Shown here in pieces: positions 39,317-51,622 of a stretch of 64,000 nucleotides of DNA (positions within the stretch are counted from its first letter, which is position 1; every line of letters starts with the position of its first letter). Source of the DNA: Octopus bimaculoides (lineage: Eukaryota); assembly GCF_001194135.2 (NCBI RefSeq), contig NC_068997.1:40485876-40549875 (forward strand), given 5' to 3'. Position numbers and translations under genes: made by a program. Below the pieces are notes generated by a model. It saw nothing but the letters and a program-made list of their open reading frames with translations, did no database searches and was not told the origin of the DNA.

Positions 39317-40219
39317 GGTGCGGGCGTAGCTGTGTGGTAAGAAGCTTGCTTCCTGACCACATGGTTTGGGTTCAGTCCCACTGCATAACACCTTGGGCAA
39401 GTGTCTTCCATTATAGCCTCGGGCTGACAAAAGCCTTGTGAGTGGATTTAGTAGATGGAAACTGAAAGAGGCCCGTCGCGTATATATATATATATATNNN
39501 NNNNNNNNNNNNNNNNNNNNNNNNNNNNNNNNNNNNNNNNNNNNNNACATACATTTATATGTATACATACATGCATATATGGGTACAGGACAGCAAAAAA
39601 AAGTTAAACACAATGAGAAACGAAAACATAAAAACGAAAACAGAAAACGAACTTTTTTTGCCCACTGCCTTCCTAAAGAAAAGACAGGTTTTTTCTGTCT
39701 CTTCTCTCATTCCACGTCTACATAGCGTTCATAATAATTTTTCTATCATCTTGACTCAACAGCCCTCACCGTTTGTTTTTACTGTCTTGTTCTCACTGTC
39801 CTGTTCTTGTTAACACTTTCACACTCCACAAAAAATTCAAAATTTTATCTAATTTGCTTTGCGGGAAGGACTGTTCCAACGAATTTGCGCATTGTCCTTG
39901 CCTTCGAAACGCGGAGTAGATGGAACAGGGACAACTGACGAACGGGTATACTCTTTATGTTGCATGTCTCGTTTCTCTGTTTGTTTGTTTTTTGTTGTTC
40001 GAAAAGAGTTCGTTTACCTGTTTTCGTTTTTATGTATTCGTTTCTCATTGTGTTTAACTTTTTTTTTATGTCCTATACCCATATATGCATGTATGTATAC
40101 ATATAGATGTAGGTTTGCACATATATGTATGGATATATGCATATATTTATATATAATTTATATTATTATATGATCGAACACCACGCATCCTTTCCAAGTA
40201 AGTTTTATCTTTCTCTGTA

Positions 40220-40256
<37 letters not shown>

Positions 40257-40266
40257 NNNNNNNNNN

Positions 40267-40299
<33 letters not shown>

Positions 40300-40453
40300 A
40301 CGCCACCGTAACTTAGCAGTTCGGCAAAAGAACCGGAAGAATAAGTATTTGGCTTACAAAGAATGTCTTGGGGTCGATTTGTTCGACTAAAGGCGGTGTT
40401 CCAGCATGGCCGTAGTCAAATGAATGAAACAAGTAAAAAAATAAAAGAATAAT
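39317..40453 (+). mobile_element. OK-like SINE split by a foldback insertion; 19-bp TSD
   Basis: The 5' half lies at 39317-39500 and the 3' half at ~40296-40453. ATAAATGAATAAATAAATA occurs at 39298-39316 and 40454-40472. Confidence 0.8.
39557..40104. mobile_element. Foldback/MITE-like element with ~100-bp imperfect inverted arms
   Basis: ATATGGGTACAGGACAGCAAAAAAAAGTTAAACACAATGAGAAACGAAAAC... versus its reverse complement at 40002-40104. Confidence 0.75.
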
Positions 40454-41739
40454 ATAAATGAATAAATAAATAAATACGTATAGTGCTTTGACCTCGAACA
40501 TTCGACAATGCTAATTCTCTTGGGAAAACATGGACGGCAAATACCGCAAATAACAAAGGCGTCATTAGGGACGGTGAGAAAAACAAATTAAGAGAGAGAA
40601 AAACTTCACTTAACACATTATTTAATTGAAAGAGTTAAGCTCACTACCTACACAATTTACTACGTGACGTCAGTAGCCGTTTGAAGCCATTTTATTTTAC
40701 CGACATGACAAATGGCGTTTGCAAAAATGGCATGAAAGTTACAACATTCCATTTGTCGTCCTTTATGAATTGAAGTCTGTAATGGAGTTAACCAAAGAAG
40801 CTTATACTCTTACACACTCACACATACATGCCTACATTACAAATATGCATATATACATGTACATACGTTATATATATGCATATATACGTAAGTAAGTACG
40901 TATATATGTGTCTTTGGGAGTGAATGTGTGTGTGTGTGTGTGTGTGTATCTGTCTGTGTATATATTCTTTTGCTTGTATCACCCTAGAGCTGCGGTCATG
41001 CTGGGGCACCTCAACTATATATATANNNNNNNNNNNNNNNNNNNNNNNNNNNNNNNNNNNNNNNNNNNNNNNNNNNNNNNNNNNNNNNNNNNNNNNNNNN
41101 NNNNNNNNNNNNNNNNNNNNNNNNNNNNNNNNNNNNNNNNNNNNNNNNNNNNNNNNNNNNNNNNNNNNNNNNNNNNNNNNNNNNNNNNNNNNNNNNNNNN
41201 NNNNNNNNNNNNNNNNNNNNNNNNNNNNNNNNNNNNNNNNNNNNNNNNNNNNNNNNNNNNNNNNNNNNNNNNNNNNNNNNNNNNNNNNNNNNNNNNNNNN
41301 NNNNNNNNNNNNNNNNNNNNNNNNNNNNNNNNNNNNNNNNNNNNNNNNNNNNNNNNNNNNNNNNNNNNNNNNNNNNNNNNNNNNNNNNNNNNNNNNNNNN
41401 NNNNNNNNNNNNNNNNNNNNNNNNNNNNNNNNNNNNNNNNNNNNNNNNNNNNNNNNNNNNNNNNNNNNNNNNNNNNNNNNNNNNNNNNNNNNNNNNNNNN
41501 NNNNNNNNNNNNNNNNNNNNNNNNNNNNNNNNNNNNNNNNNNNNNNNNNNNNNNNNNNNNNNNNNNNNNNNNNNNNNNNNNNNNNNNNNNNNNNNNNNNN
41601 NNNNNNNNNNNNNNNNNNNNNNNNNNNNNNNNNNNNNNNNNNNNNNNNNNNNNNNNNNNNNNNNNNNNNNNNNTATATACGTTTACAAACCAAGGACGTT
41701 ATATAGACCTCCTTGACTCAAGTTAGAGAAGGGGTGCGT

Positions 41740-41835
41740 ATTATACACAAGGTTTAGGTTTTTCAGAGGTACAGCCCCCTAAAAATTCCCTGCGTATTAT
41801 ACTCAAGGGCGGACTATACTCGAAGATTTACGGTA
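41740..41835. mobile_element. Terminus of a pogo/Tigger-type DNA element (remainder in the gap)
   Basis: Ends TATACTCGAAGATTTACGGTA, with subterminal GCGTATTATAC repeats. Confidence 0.45.
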
Positions 41836-42030
41836 TATATACATATATGGAGTGAGAGAGATATAAAGTCGGAGATAGTTATACGTATGTCGCTCATGCA
41901 ATTTCACACATTAATGATGCAGACATATAGAATATAAAAAAGAAGAAATACATATACAAATATGTCTGCGTGTGTACAGAAAGACAGACAGACAGACAGA
42001 TAGACAGTCATACAGATAGATTGATAGATT

Positions 42031-42080
<50 letters not shown>

Positions 42081-42085
42081 AAGAT

Positions 42086-42125
<40 letters not shown>

Positions 42126-42231
42126 GGGCTCGGAGGCGAAAGAGCCGAACAGTAAAGCCAAATCTGGAACGCTAGGGTTTCAAGGTGAATTACTTTTTGA
42201 AACATGTAGCCCTGTATACATCTACACATAT

Positions 42232-42446
42232 ATTGGTTTCAAATTTTGGCACAAGGTCAGCAACTTCGGAGGCGGGGTTAGGCCGGTCACGTCGACTCCA
42301 GTGTCCAACTGGTACTTATTTTATCGACCCGTAAAGGATGAAAGAGTGAAAATCGACTTCTGCGGAATTTGAACTGTAAAGGCGGACGAAATGCCGCTAA
42401 GTATTTTGTCCAGCGTGCTAACAATTCTGCCAGCTCACCACCTTGA
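42232..42446 (-). mobile_element. SINE (GGTGAGCTGGCAGAA-headed family)
   Basis: Complete reverse copy. Confidence 0.85.
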
Positions 42447-42934
42447 TTACACCTCCAAACACTCACACACNNNNNNNNNNNNNNNNNNNNNNNNNNNNNN
42501 NNNNNNNNNNNNNNNNNNNNNNNNNNNNNNNNNNNNNNNNNNNNNNNNNNNNNNNNNNNNNNNNNNNNNNNNNNNNNNNNNNNNNNNNNNNNNNNNNNNN
42601 NNNNNNNNNNNNNNNNNNNNNNNNNNNNNNNNNNNNNNNNNNNNNNNNNNNNNNNNNNNNNNNNNNNNNNNNNNNNNNNNNNNNNNNNNNNNNNNNNNNN
42701 NNNNNNNNNNNNNNNNNNNNNNNNNNNNNNNNNNNNNNNNNNNNNNNNNNNNNNNNNNNNNNNNNNNNNNNNNNNNNNNNNNNNNNNNNNNNNNNNNNNN
42801 NNNNNNNNNNNNNNNNNNNNNNNNNNNNNNNNNNNNNNNNNNNNNNNNNNNNNNNNNNNNNNNNNNNNNNNNNNNNNNNNNNNNNNNGATTCTGCCAGCT
42901 CACCGCCTTAAAACTAATCAGCACATTGTTTTCT

Positions 42935-43142
42935 GCTCTAGGCACAAGGCCCGAAATTTTGGAGGCGGGGGCCAGTCAATTATATCGACCACAGTAATCA
43001 ACTGATACTTATTTTATCGACCTCGAAAGGATGAAAGTCAAAGTCGGCCTCGGTGGAATTTGAACTCAGAACGTAAAAGCAGACGAAATACCGCTAAGCA
43101 TTTCGCCCGGCGTGCTAACGATTCTGCCAGCTCGCCGCCTTA
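42935..43142 (-). mobile_element. SINE (same family)
   Basis: Complete reverse copy ending GATTCTGCCAGCTCGCCGCCTT. Confidence 0.85.
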
Positions 43143-45160
43143 CTAATCAACATATTGACTGTAAGAATCGAAACGCTGTGAACAGCTTTGAATATGGAAA
43201 GGAGAAAGTGGCAATATATAAAGGAGATAGATCGAAGTATTGGAGAAAATTTTGAAGAATATTTGAACAGTTCTATTGAACTCCGAATTCCACCAACAGA
43301 GCATAGACAAAAATGATGAGTTAATCAATGATTTCAGTCTAGAAACCAAAAGCGCACTCGAAACATTCAACGTCACGGGATTCGGCAGATTGTAGAATTG
43401 CAGTTCAAAACAGAATCGAAAACTTGAGTTTGTAACACCAATTATTCTCGATCGTGGTAGGTATTGCCCTACACCAAATAAGGCGGTTTATTATGTTTAA
43501 TACATCCACAGCTATTTAGTTGCTTTGTCATCTGTAATGTTCGAACTGATTAAAGACGCTCTGATTGTGACCACCCCTGTTAGCTAAATTATCCAATGTA
43601 TCATTTCTTGTTTTTAAAATAGTTGTTTTTGTAAAAAGTCTATCTCTTCTTTTTCGCAGGACGAACGACTGCATCAAGGCTTCTTTTTGTAGGTGACCAC
43701 AAATAGTTATAGAAGATCTCAAGTGTTGTTTCTTCTGTAAGTTTACGAATACGTTGAGTGTATTAGGTTTATACTTGTCTATACTTACTTGAGTAAGTAT
43801 GTGAGTGTCTATACATACCGTTGACACACAGGTATACACTGTACTGTACTTTAACTTGGTGCCATTATTAAAATACCTTCAATCTATTGGATCCTGCAAA
43901 TAATTATACACACACACATGGACAAGAACACACGCACGCACGCACACATATGTATGTATATGTGTACACATATCCATATATATANNNNNNNNNNNNNNNN
44001 NNNNNNNNNNNNNNNNNNNNNNNNNNNNNNNNNNNNNNNNNNNNNNNNNNNNNNNNNNNNNNNNNNNNNNNNNNNNNNNNNNNNNNNNNNNNNNNNNNNN
44101 NNNNNNNNNNNNNNNNNNNNNNNNNNNNNNNNNNNNNNNNNNNNNNNNNNNNNNNNNNNNNNNNNNNNNNNNNNNNNNNNNNNNNNNNNNNNNNNNNNNN
44201 NNNNNNNNNNNNNNNNNNNNNNNNNNNNNNNNNNNNNNNNNNNNNNNNNNNNNNNNNNNNNNNNNNNNNNNNNNNAATACAAAAAAAGGTGGATTTTTTT
44301 GTATGATTGTGTATAGAGGAATATATTATTTTGCTTAAAAGAGTTCCAACACTGTCTGTTTTTTATGTTTTATTTATATTCCTGCAGAACTAATGTGGGG
44401 TATAGAATATGGAATATACAATATATAATATAATATACAATATATAATATAAAATAAAATAAAAATGGATGGCACCATGAAATAAAGTATTGAATGTAGA
44501 TGAAATATTGAGTGTTCAATATAAAGGATCAAATATATAAATATATAAATATAAATATATATATATAAAGGCCGTTGACACACATGTGTGTGTGTGTATC
44601 CATATGTATATGCACATACCAATATACATGTGTCAATACATATACACGTATATATGCATGTATATATATATATATATGCATGTAATTATGTATGTACGTA
44701 TGTATGTATATATGTATGTATTTGTGTGCGCGTGCGTGTGTATGTAAAACTCTAAGGATTAAATCTCCATGCTGCAGTGTATTTACATTTGACCATAACG
44801 GATAAGATGAGCTGAAGATGGAAAGAGGTATTTCCAGCCGTTAATGAAGCGTACAGCCACCAGAAAACTAGACATTAAAATGACCAGCAGGATTACACAA
44901 AACAACAGAGAAGAGAATGGAATGGACAGAGCACCATATCCACCATAGCAACCTCAGCTATTTCCGGAGAAAGACCATGAACTGAGGTCACCTCTATAAA
45001 TCACTGTAGTAGGAGAAGAGTATTAAGTCAGTGTGGGAGGTAGAGAGAGTGATGGTGGAAGTGGCAGATTAGGAGAGAGAGAGAAAGAGGGAGGGAGAGT
45101 AATGATAAATGTAGAAGAGTAGGAAGTAAAAGTAAAATATATACAATGCATTGTTTAATA

Positions 45161-45422
45161 CAGTTGTTCTCAACCGGGGTCAATATGGCCCTTAGGGGTC
45201 AATACAAGGTTTTGTGATGCCATAAATTGGCTATATTTCTGTGGCTGTGTGGTAAGTTAGGTGTAGGAGTGGCTGTGTGGTAAGTAGCTTGCTTACCAAC
45301 CACATGGTTCTGGGTTCATTCCCACTGCATGGCACCTTCGGCAAGTGTCTTCTACTATAGCCTCGGGCCGACCAAAGCCTTGTGAGTGGAGTTGGTAGAT
45401 GGAAACTGAAAGAAGCCCGTCG

Positions 45423-45473
<51 letters not shown>

Positions 45474-45695
45474 NNNNNNNNNNNNNNNNNNNNNNNNNNN
45501 NNNNNNNNNNNNNNNNNNNNNNNNNNAAGTTAGGTGTAGGAGTGGCTGTGTGGTAAGTAGCTTGCTTACCAACCACATGGTTCTGGGTTCATTCCCACTG
45601 CATGGCACCTTCGGCAAGTGTCTTCTACTATAGCCTCGGGCCGACCAAAGCCTTGTGAGTGGAGTTGGTAGATGGAAACTGAAAGAAGCCCGTCG

Positions 45696-45751
<56 letters not shown>

Positions 45752-46129
45752 TGTGTGTTTGTGTATGTGTGTGTGTGTGCGTGTGTATGTTTGTGTGTCT
45801 GTGTTTGTCCCCCCAGCATCGCTTGATAACCGATGGTGGTGTGTTTACGTCCGCGTAACTTAGCAGTTCAGCAAAAGTAACCGATAGAATAAGTACTAGG
45901 CTTCCAAAGAATAAGTCCTGGGGTAGATTTGCTCGACTAAAAGGCGGTGCTCCAGCATGACCGCAGTCAAATGACTGAAACACGTAAAAGAGTAATTCCT
46001 AATAATAATTAATCATAAAAATATAATAGGAGCTTTTAGACGTCGAATGATTATGAGGGTCTTCCCCACTGAGTAAAATAGGAATCAAAGGGTTCAATAG
46101 GTAAAAGTAAAAATGGTTGAGAACCACCA
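45161..46129. mobile_element. hAT-type MITE carrying a nested SINE
   Basis: TIRs are CAGTTGTTCTCAACC and GGTTGAGAACCACCA. The 8-bp TSD is GTTTAATA (45153-45160) / GCTTAATA (46130-46137). Confidence 0.7.
45257..45995 (+). mobile_element. OK-like SINE (5' half duplicated across an assembly gap)
   Basis: Head GGTGTAGGAGTGGCTGTGTGGTAAG; tail CCAGCATGACCGCAGTCAAATGACTGAAAC. Confidence 0.9.
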
Positions 46130-46417
46130 GCTTAATACATCGCAAGATATAATACGTTGAAAATTCGAGTAAAAATGTCGGAAACCTCTTCTGCAGTAAA
46201 TTGTAACCCTGTTTTCACTAATATCACTCCTTGCTTCTTCAAAAGAGAAAAACATACCGGATAATGTTGAATGATGTACAAAAATATGGAACATCGGGGA
46301 CATGTTTGAATATTGCTCTGCTCAATCGAAACTGACCTGGGGCTATTACGAGTACAAAATGGAAATGATAGGAAAATTGAAATGATAGGAAAACGAACTA
46401 AGAGAGACGGAAAGAGA

Positions 46418-46622
46418 TAGGCGTAGGAGTGGCTGTGTGGTAAGTAGCTTGCTTACCAACCACATGGTTCCGGGTTCAGTCCCACTGCGTAGCACCTTGG
46501 GAAACTGTCTTCTACTATAGCCTCGGGCCGACCAAAGCCTTGACAGTGGATTTGGTAGACGGAAACTGAAAGAAGCCCGTCGTATATATGTATGTATATA
46601 TATGTGTGTGTGTGTCTGTGTG

Positions 46623-46663
<41 letters not shown>

Positions 46664-46918
46664 NNNNNNNNNNNNNNNNNNNNNNNNNNNNNNTCATCAA
46701 ATGGTGATGATATGTGTGTGTGTGTGTGTCTGTGTTTGTCTCCCCAACATCGCTTGACAACCGATGCTGGTGTGTGTACGTCCCCGTAACTTAGCGGTTC
46801 GGCAAAAGAGGCCGATAGAATAAGTACTAGGCTTACAAAGAATAAGTCCTGGGGTCGATTTGCTCGACTAAAGAGCTGTTCCAGCAAATGACTGAAATGA
46901 CTGAAACAAGTAAAAGAG
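46418..46918 (+). mobile_element. OK-like SINE
   Basis: Full head, internal microsatellite and tail are present. Confidence 0.9.
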
Positions 46919-47324
46919 AGAAGGAGAATGCAAACGTAGAAGAGCAGGAGGCTAGAGAAAGTAAAATACATATAAGACATTATTTAATAGTTCTTAACCG
47001 GGGTCCATATGGCTCTTACAGATCAATAAAGGGCTCAATGACGAGAGACAATTATTGTTTGGTAGCTAATATTTATTTAAGCACGAAGTGTAACCTAGTG
47101 GTTTGCTATCATAGGGGAGACAATTCCTTCTAGATTTAAGTAGAAGCAAGTTTGGAAGTTTGATATTTAAATCTAAGAGAAAAGAAAGTGTTCAGAATAA
47201 ACAAATTTAACATTTCTTTTTCCTAAACGTTTATGAAGATACTGGTACTTAATTAGTAATTGCTAGAACGAATGCAACCGCGATAAAATGTGCATTCGCA
47301 ACGAAAGGCGACGTAACGAAATAT

Positions 47325-47540
47325 TGGCTTCAAATTTTGGCACACGGTCAGCAGCTTCGAGGGAGGAACTTAGTCGATTACATCGACTCCAGTACTCCAC
47401 TGGTACTTATTTTATCGACCTCGAAAGGATGAAAGGCAAAGTCGATTTAAGCGGAATTTGAACTGAGAACAAGATGACAGACGAAATACCACAAAGCATA
47501 TTGCCCGGCGTGCCAACGATCCTGCCAACCCGCCGTCCTC
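47325..47540 (-). mobile_element. SINE (GGTGAGCTGGCAGAA-headed family), diverged
   Basis: TGGTACTTATTTTATCGACCTCGAAAGGATGAAAGGCAAAGTCG core. Confidence 0.8.
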
Positions 47541-47971
47541 ATTTATGATGAACGTTGACGTATGAAACGACTGGACTTATAAGACCGTCATTGCTCATAT
47601 TAAAACTTCCATTCGTCACATGAATTAAAGGGCCGCATTTTACACGTGCAGTGGGGTGGATTTCAAGCTGAAATGTTCATTTTATAAGCTGGCGTATACA
47701 TTATGAGTAGAAAACAATTCTTTCTAACATCGGAATGTGGCAAACCAATTAGTGTAGAGGATACAGTTGACTAAGTCGATAGCTGTATTTCATTGGTATA
47801 TAAAACTCTGTGTTTGAATAGTCCTTATGCGGAAGGATTAAAGTCAGTCTGGCATGATACGCTATTTAGTCCTAACAGAACTAAACGTCACAAGGCATTT
47901 TATTCAACGCTCAAATGATTAGGTCAATTCACTGCAATGTAAAATGATAACCGAATGACATGGTGCATAAC

Positions 47972-48095
<124 letters not shown>

Positions 48096-48131
48096 TACAC
48101 ACACATATATCCATACATACATACATACATT

Positions 48132-48470
48132 AATGGCTTGAATCTATAATAATCTAATTAGCTCTTTTCTTTCTGGTTTTGAGAATCCTAATTTCTCAGG
48201 ATCGGCACTTTGGCAGTTTGTTAGATATCCCAGGACTTTAGTAATTACAGGTATAAACCTAAACTTGTAACCCTGGTAAAGTAGCTGTAAATTTCTCAGT
48301 AGTTCAGTATAGGTTATTTTTTGGGGTGGTGGTGGTGCTGATCCCTACCTTTATGTTGACGTCCGCTAAGCACTAATTTCCACTATTGTACATTGGTTCT
48401 TTTCTCAGTCCTAAATCACTGTGTGTGATCTATTATGTTTGCATTTTATTGAAGTTTGCAGTGGGACATT
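48132..48470 (-). mobile_element. Second R4/Dong-like RLE fragment
   Basis: KCKHNRSHTVI*D*EKNQCTIVEIS...TYTELLRNLQLLYQGYKFRFIPVITKVLGY...EKLGFSKPE; homologous to the 12.4-kb copy. Confidence 0.75.
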
Positions 48471-49404
48471 CAATCAGTTTTCTTTCATATCATGAGTGGC
48501 TATGATCACTGCCATACTGCATATATATTTAGAAATACACACATATATATATAGTGCATGTGTATGTACATATATGTGGCTATATGATTGGTTGTATCGA
48601 ACGGACAAAATAATAATAAATGTGTCTTGGTGGAACCGTAAGAGAGAAACCAGATATAGAAGAACGTTTACTAATAAATATATCAATAATGCAATAGCAA
48701 ATCGCATCTTCCATAGCTGCCTGGAGATAACCAGGTTGTGATGGAGAAGAAATAACGAGAAGCGAGATTAGAAGTGTCCGGTGAAGAAATGTGTTATAGG
48801 CGATAAACCTTCTTTAATTAGTTACAAGATTATATTATTAGTGGTTGTTAAAGGCTTTTGAAACAGTATAACGTAACATGACTTTGTGAACGCTGTTCTT
48901 TCTTTTTCTGTTAGTATACACTTACTGTTACAAGTTGGCAACGTAGAATTAACCGATGCAGTAAACGATAAACTATATCTGATCGAATGATAGCGAGTAG
49001 GGGATAACACCTAGGGACTGCATCTGCCTGAGAAACAAATAGTAGACGTGAATGCTAGTATATTTAAAGTAGTAATGCCAGATTATTTTGATTAATTAAA
49101 ATACTACTCGTAGTGATGAGAAAATCATTATCTTAGTGATTGTTTTATGTCAAATAAAATAGGGGAAGACAACTCCGTGATTTAAATTGTTTACAGTCAA
49201 TCAAATATAGAATACAGTAGAGAAAGGAATATGATATTTAACAATGCGGTGACAATCAAGATATGTTCCAGTCTTACTAGATCTCATGAGTGAAGTTTAA
49301 GTGTTGCTGCGGATAGAGCCATCAAGCGAGTTTTTGTGTAGTCACCTGATCAGCCATAATTAACAAGCAAATTTCTATCAGTTAAGACCGTAATATTTTA
49401 AAGA

Positions 49405-49680
49405 AGAGGGAAGAACACGTTGGCAAAGTGTAGTCCAAGATACACTTTGCCGAAAAGCGAAGAATACATCTACGAAACGCAGTCCAGGAAACAATGTTTT
49501 GAAAGGGGAAGTACTGGAGAAATGTAATCCTAGTTACACTTTGCCGAAAAGGGAAGAATACATCTAACGAACACAGTCCAAGAAACTGTGTTCTGAAAAA
49601 GGAAGAACACACTGGAAAATGTAGTCCATGATACAATACACCAAAAAGAGAACACACAAAAGAAATGTCCAAGATACACT
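49405..49680. repeat. Degenerate tandem repeat: ~48-bp monomers in an A/B (~95-bp) higher-order arrangement
   Basis: TACACTTTGCCGAAAAG(C/G)GAAGAATACATCTA occurs twice, ~95 bp apart. GAAGAA(C/T)AC...GTCCA(A/G/T)GA(T/A)AC recurs about every 48 bp. Confidence 0.75.
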
Positions 49681-50361
49681 ATAATGAAAATAAAATACAG
49701 AATGATTATGGCTACAGTGACGTTAAATATGAGATCAGCATTGATTTGCGGCTGAACAAGAACAACAACAATAATAATAACAACAACTCTAATAACTGAA
49801 TCGCAATGAAAGATGAGCAATTAACGGCCAAACAATAAAAACTGCAATGTTAGAGTTGTTATAATAAACATCCGAAAGAGTCTGTTGTGACTGAAAGAGA
49901 TAAAATGGTTGCATGTATTTTTTCATTATCGGTTAGTTAGGGGAAAGGGCAGCGTCCATGCGTCCATGACATTTTACTGAGAAGTGAAACGGAGGGGGAT
50001 AAGGAGAGAAGAAGGCTTTCTCAAAGCACAGGTCTGGCTCGAACGATTGGAACAAGTGCCAAGGGTCTAGGTAGGGGCATTAAATCAGTGACGGATTAAT
50101 CTTACCACCAAAGTAGGTCGCGGTGGGATTTCGACTCAGGACGCCAGGAGCCGCAATAAATACGGCATAGCATTTCATCAGTTGTTCTAATGATTCGGTC
50201 AATTCGTTGCTGCTTTGTCGTCGTCGTCGTCGTCGTCACTGTTATCACTGTTGATAAGGTTGTCGAACAATAAATCAGTTCTGATTGGTATACCTATGAT
50301 CGAACACCACCCAACCATTATTGTACCGTTATTTAGATGTTTCTATATTTCCTCATATTTC

Positions 50362-50398
<37 letters not shown>

Positions 50399-50812
50399 AT
50401 GGCCTCCACAAAGATCAATACAATTTTATGTCAAAAGTGTTGAAGCGGTGTCCATTAAGTTATATATCATGCATGAGAACTCATTAATCTACCTGACTGA
50501 CTGAAATGAAGTTGTTCCAAATATAATTAAGAAAATGTTGGCCAAAGATTGTTGAGTACCCATATATTGTTCAAGAGCATAAAAGTACGTGTAAATGTGA
50601 CCCAATCAGGTGAGAATTGGTGCAATATAATTTAAGCTAAGACTAAACAAAACAGAAGATAACAACTTACAAAACGCTGAAAATACAATTGGATTCCGAT
50701 TTATCTTCCCCTAATACATATTTGTGTACGTGTTTATATAGAAATATACAAAATTATATATATTATGTATGCGTACATATACGTATACGTATATGTATGT
50801 ATGTATGTATAT

Positions 50813-51480
50813 AAAGGGTTCGGTGAATAAACTGTCGTCAAAATTACGCAAAAATGAAAATAACATTGATATTTCATTTTAACAGATATATTTACCAAAA
50901 TTACATTAAAATCTTTTGCAATACTAAAGAGTAAATTTATTCAATACAATCGCCAGTGGCTTCAACCACGACCTCCACACGACTTTGGAATCTCCTGAAA
51001 CTCTTCTGGTTGGTCTCCTTCTTTAAGTTCGTGAATGTTATAAAGAGTTTTGCTGCTCTCTCGCTCAGCTGCGCTCCACACATAATGATGAAAGGGGTTG
51101 CAGTCTGGGGAATTAGGTAACCAGATGTTAGGGGTGATGTGGTCGTAGTAATTGCCTGGCAGCCATGACTGGGTTCTCCTGTTTGTGTGGCATGGTACAG
51201 AGTCATGCTGCCAGACATTGGGTCTTCTAACAGCCATGATCTTGACCCAGAGCAGTAGTACCTCCTCCAATCACTTCTTGATGTAGGCCTCCGTGTTGAG
51301 TCTACGGTCGTGTAGGAAGATAAGTAGAGGTATAACGTCATCATCACCAGTGATCATTCCATACTTCATGATGTTGACTGGATGATTGATTTTTATCACT
51401 CTCGGTACATGTCCTCAGATTTCTGGGAGAGTGAATTGCGTCATGGTGTTGTTTTCTCACAGATGGTGCCCAACTGACCC
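50813..51480 (-). mobile_element. Tc1/mariner maT-like (DD37D) transposon, 3' part
   Basis: VWQHDSVPCHTNRRTQSWL..NYYDHITPNIWLPNSPDCNPFHHYVWSAAERE...FRRFQSRVEVVVEATGDCIE*. A TIR-like end lies at 50813. Confidence 0.8.
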
Positions 51481-51559
51481 TACCATACTGTGTAGTCGAC
51501 AAAGTCAAAAACAAACAATGTGCATGAGCACCCTGAATACGCATATATANNNNNNNNNN

Positions 51560-51622
<63 letters not shown>

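Noticed and set aside
39895-39960. GAAAC...CTGACGA as a type II hammerhead
   Set aside because: No stem I hairpin, and stem II cannot form in register with the core.
44812-44860. CTGAAGA followed by a TGGAAA/TTTCCA hairpin
   Set aside because: No GAAA after stem II and no stem I.
45257-45720. Apparent tandem SINE head
   Set aside because: Identical sequence across an N gap; most likely an artefact.
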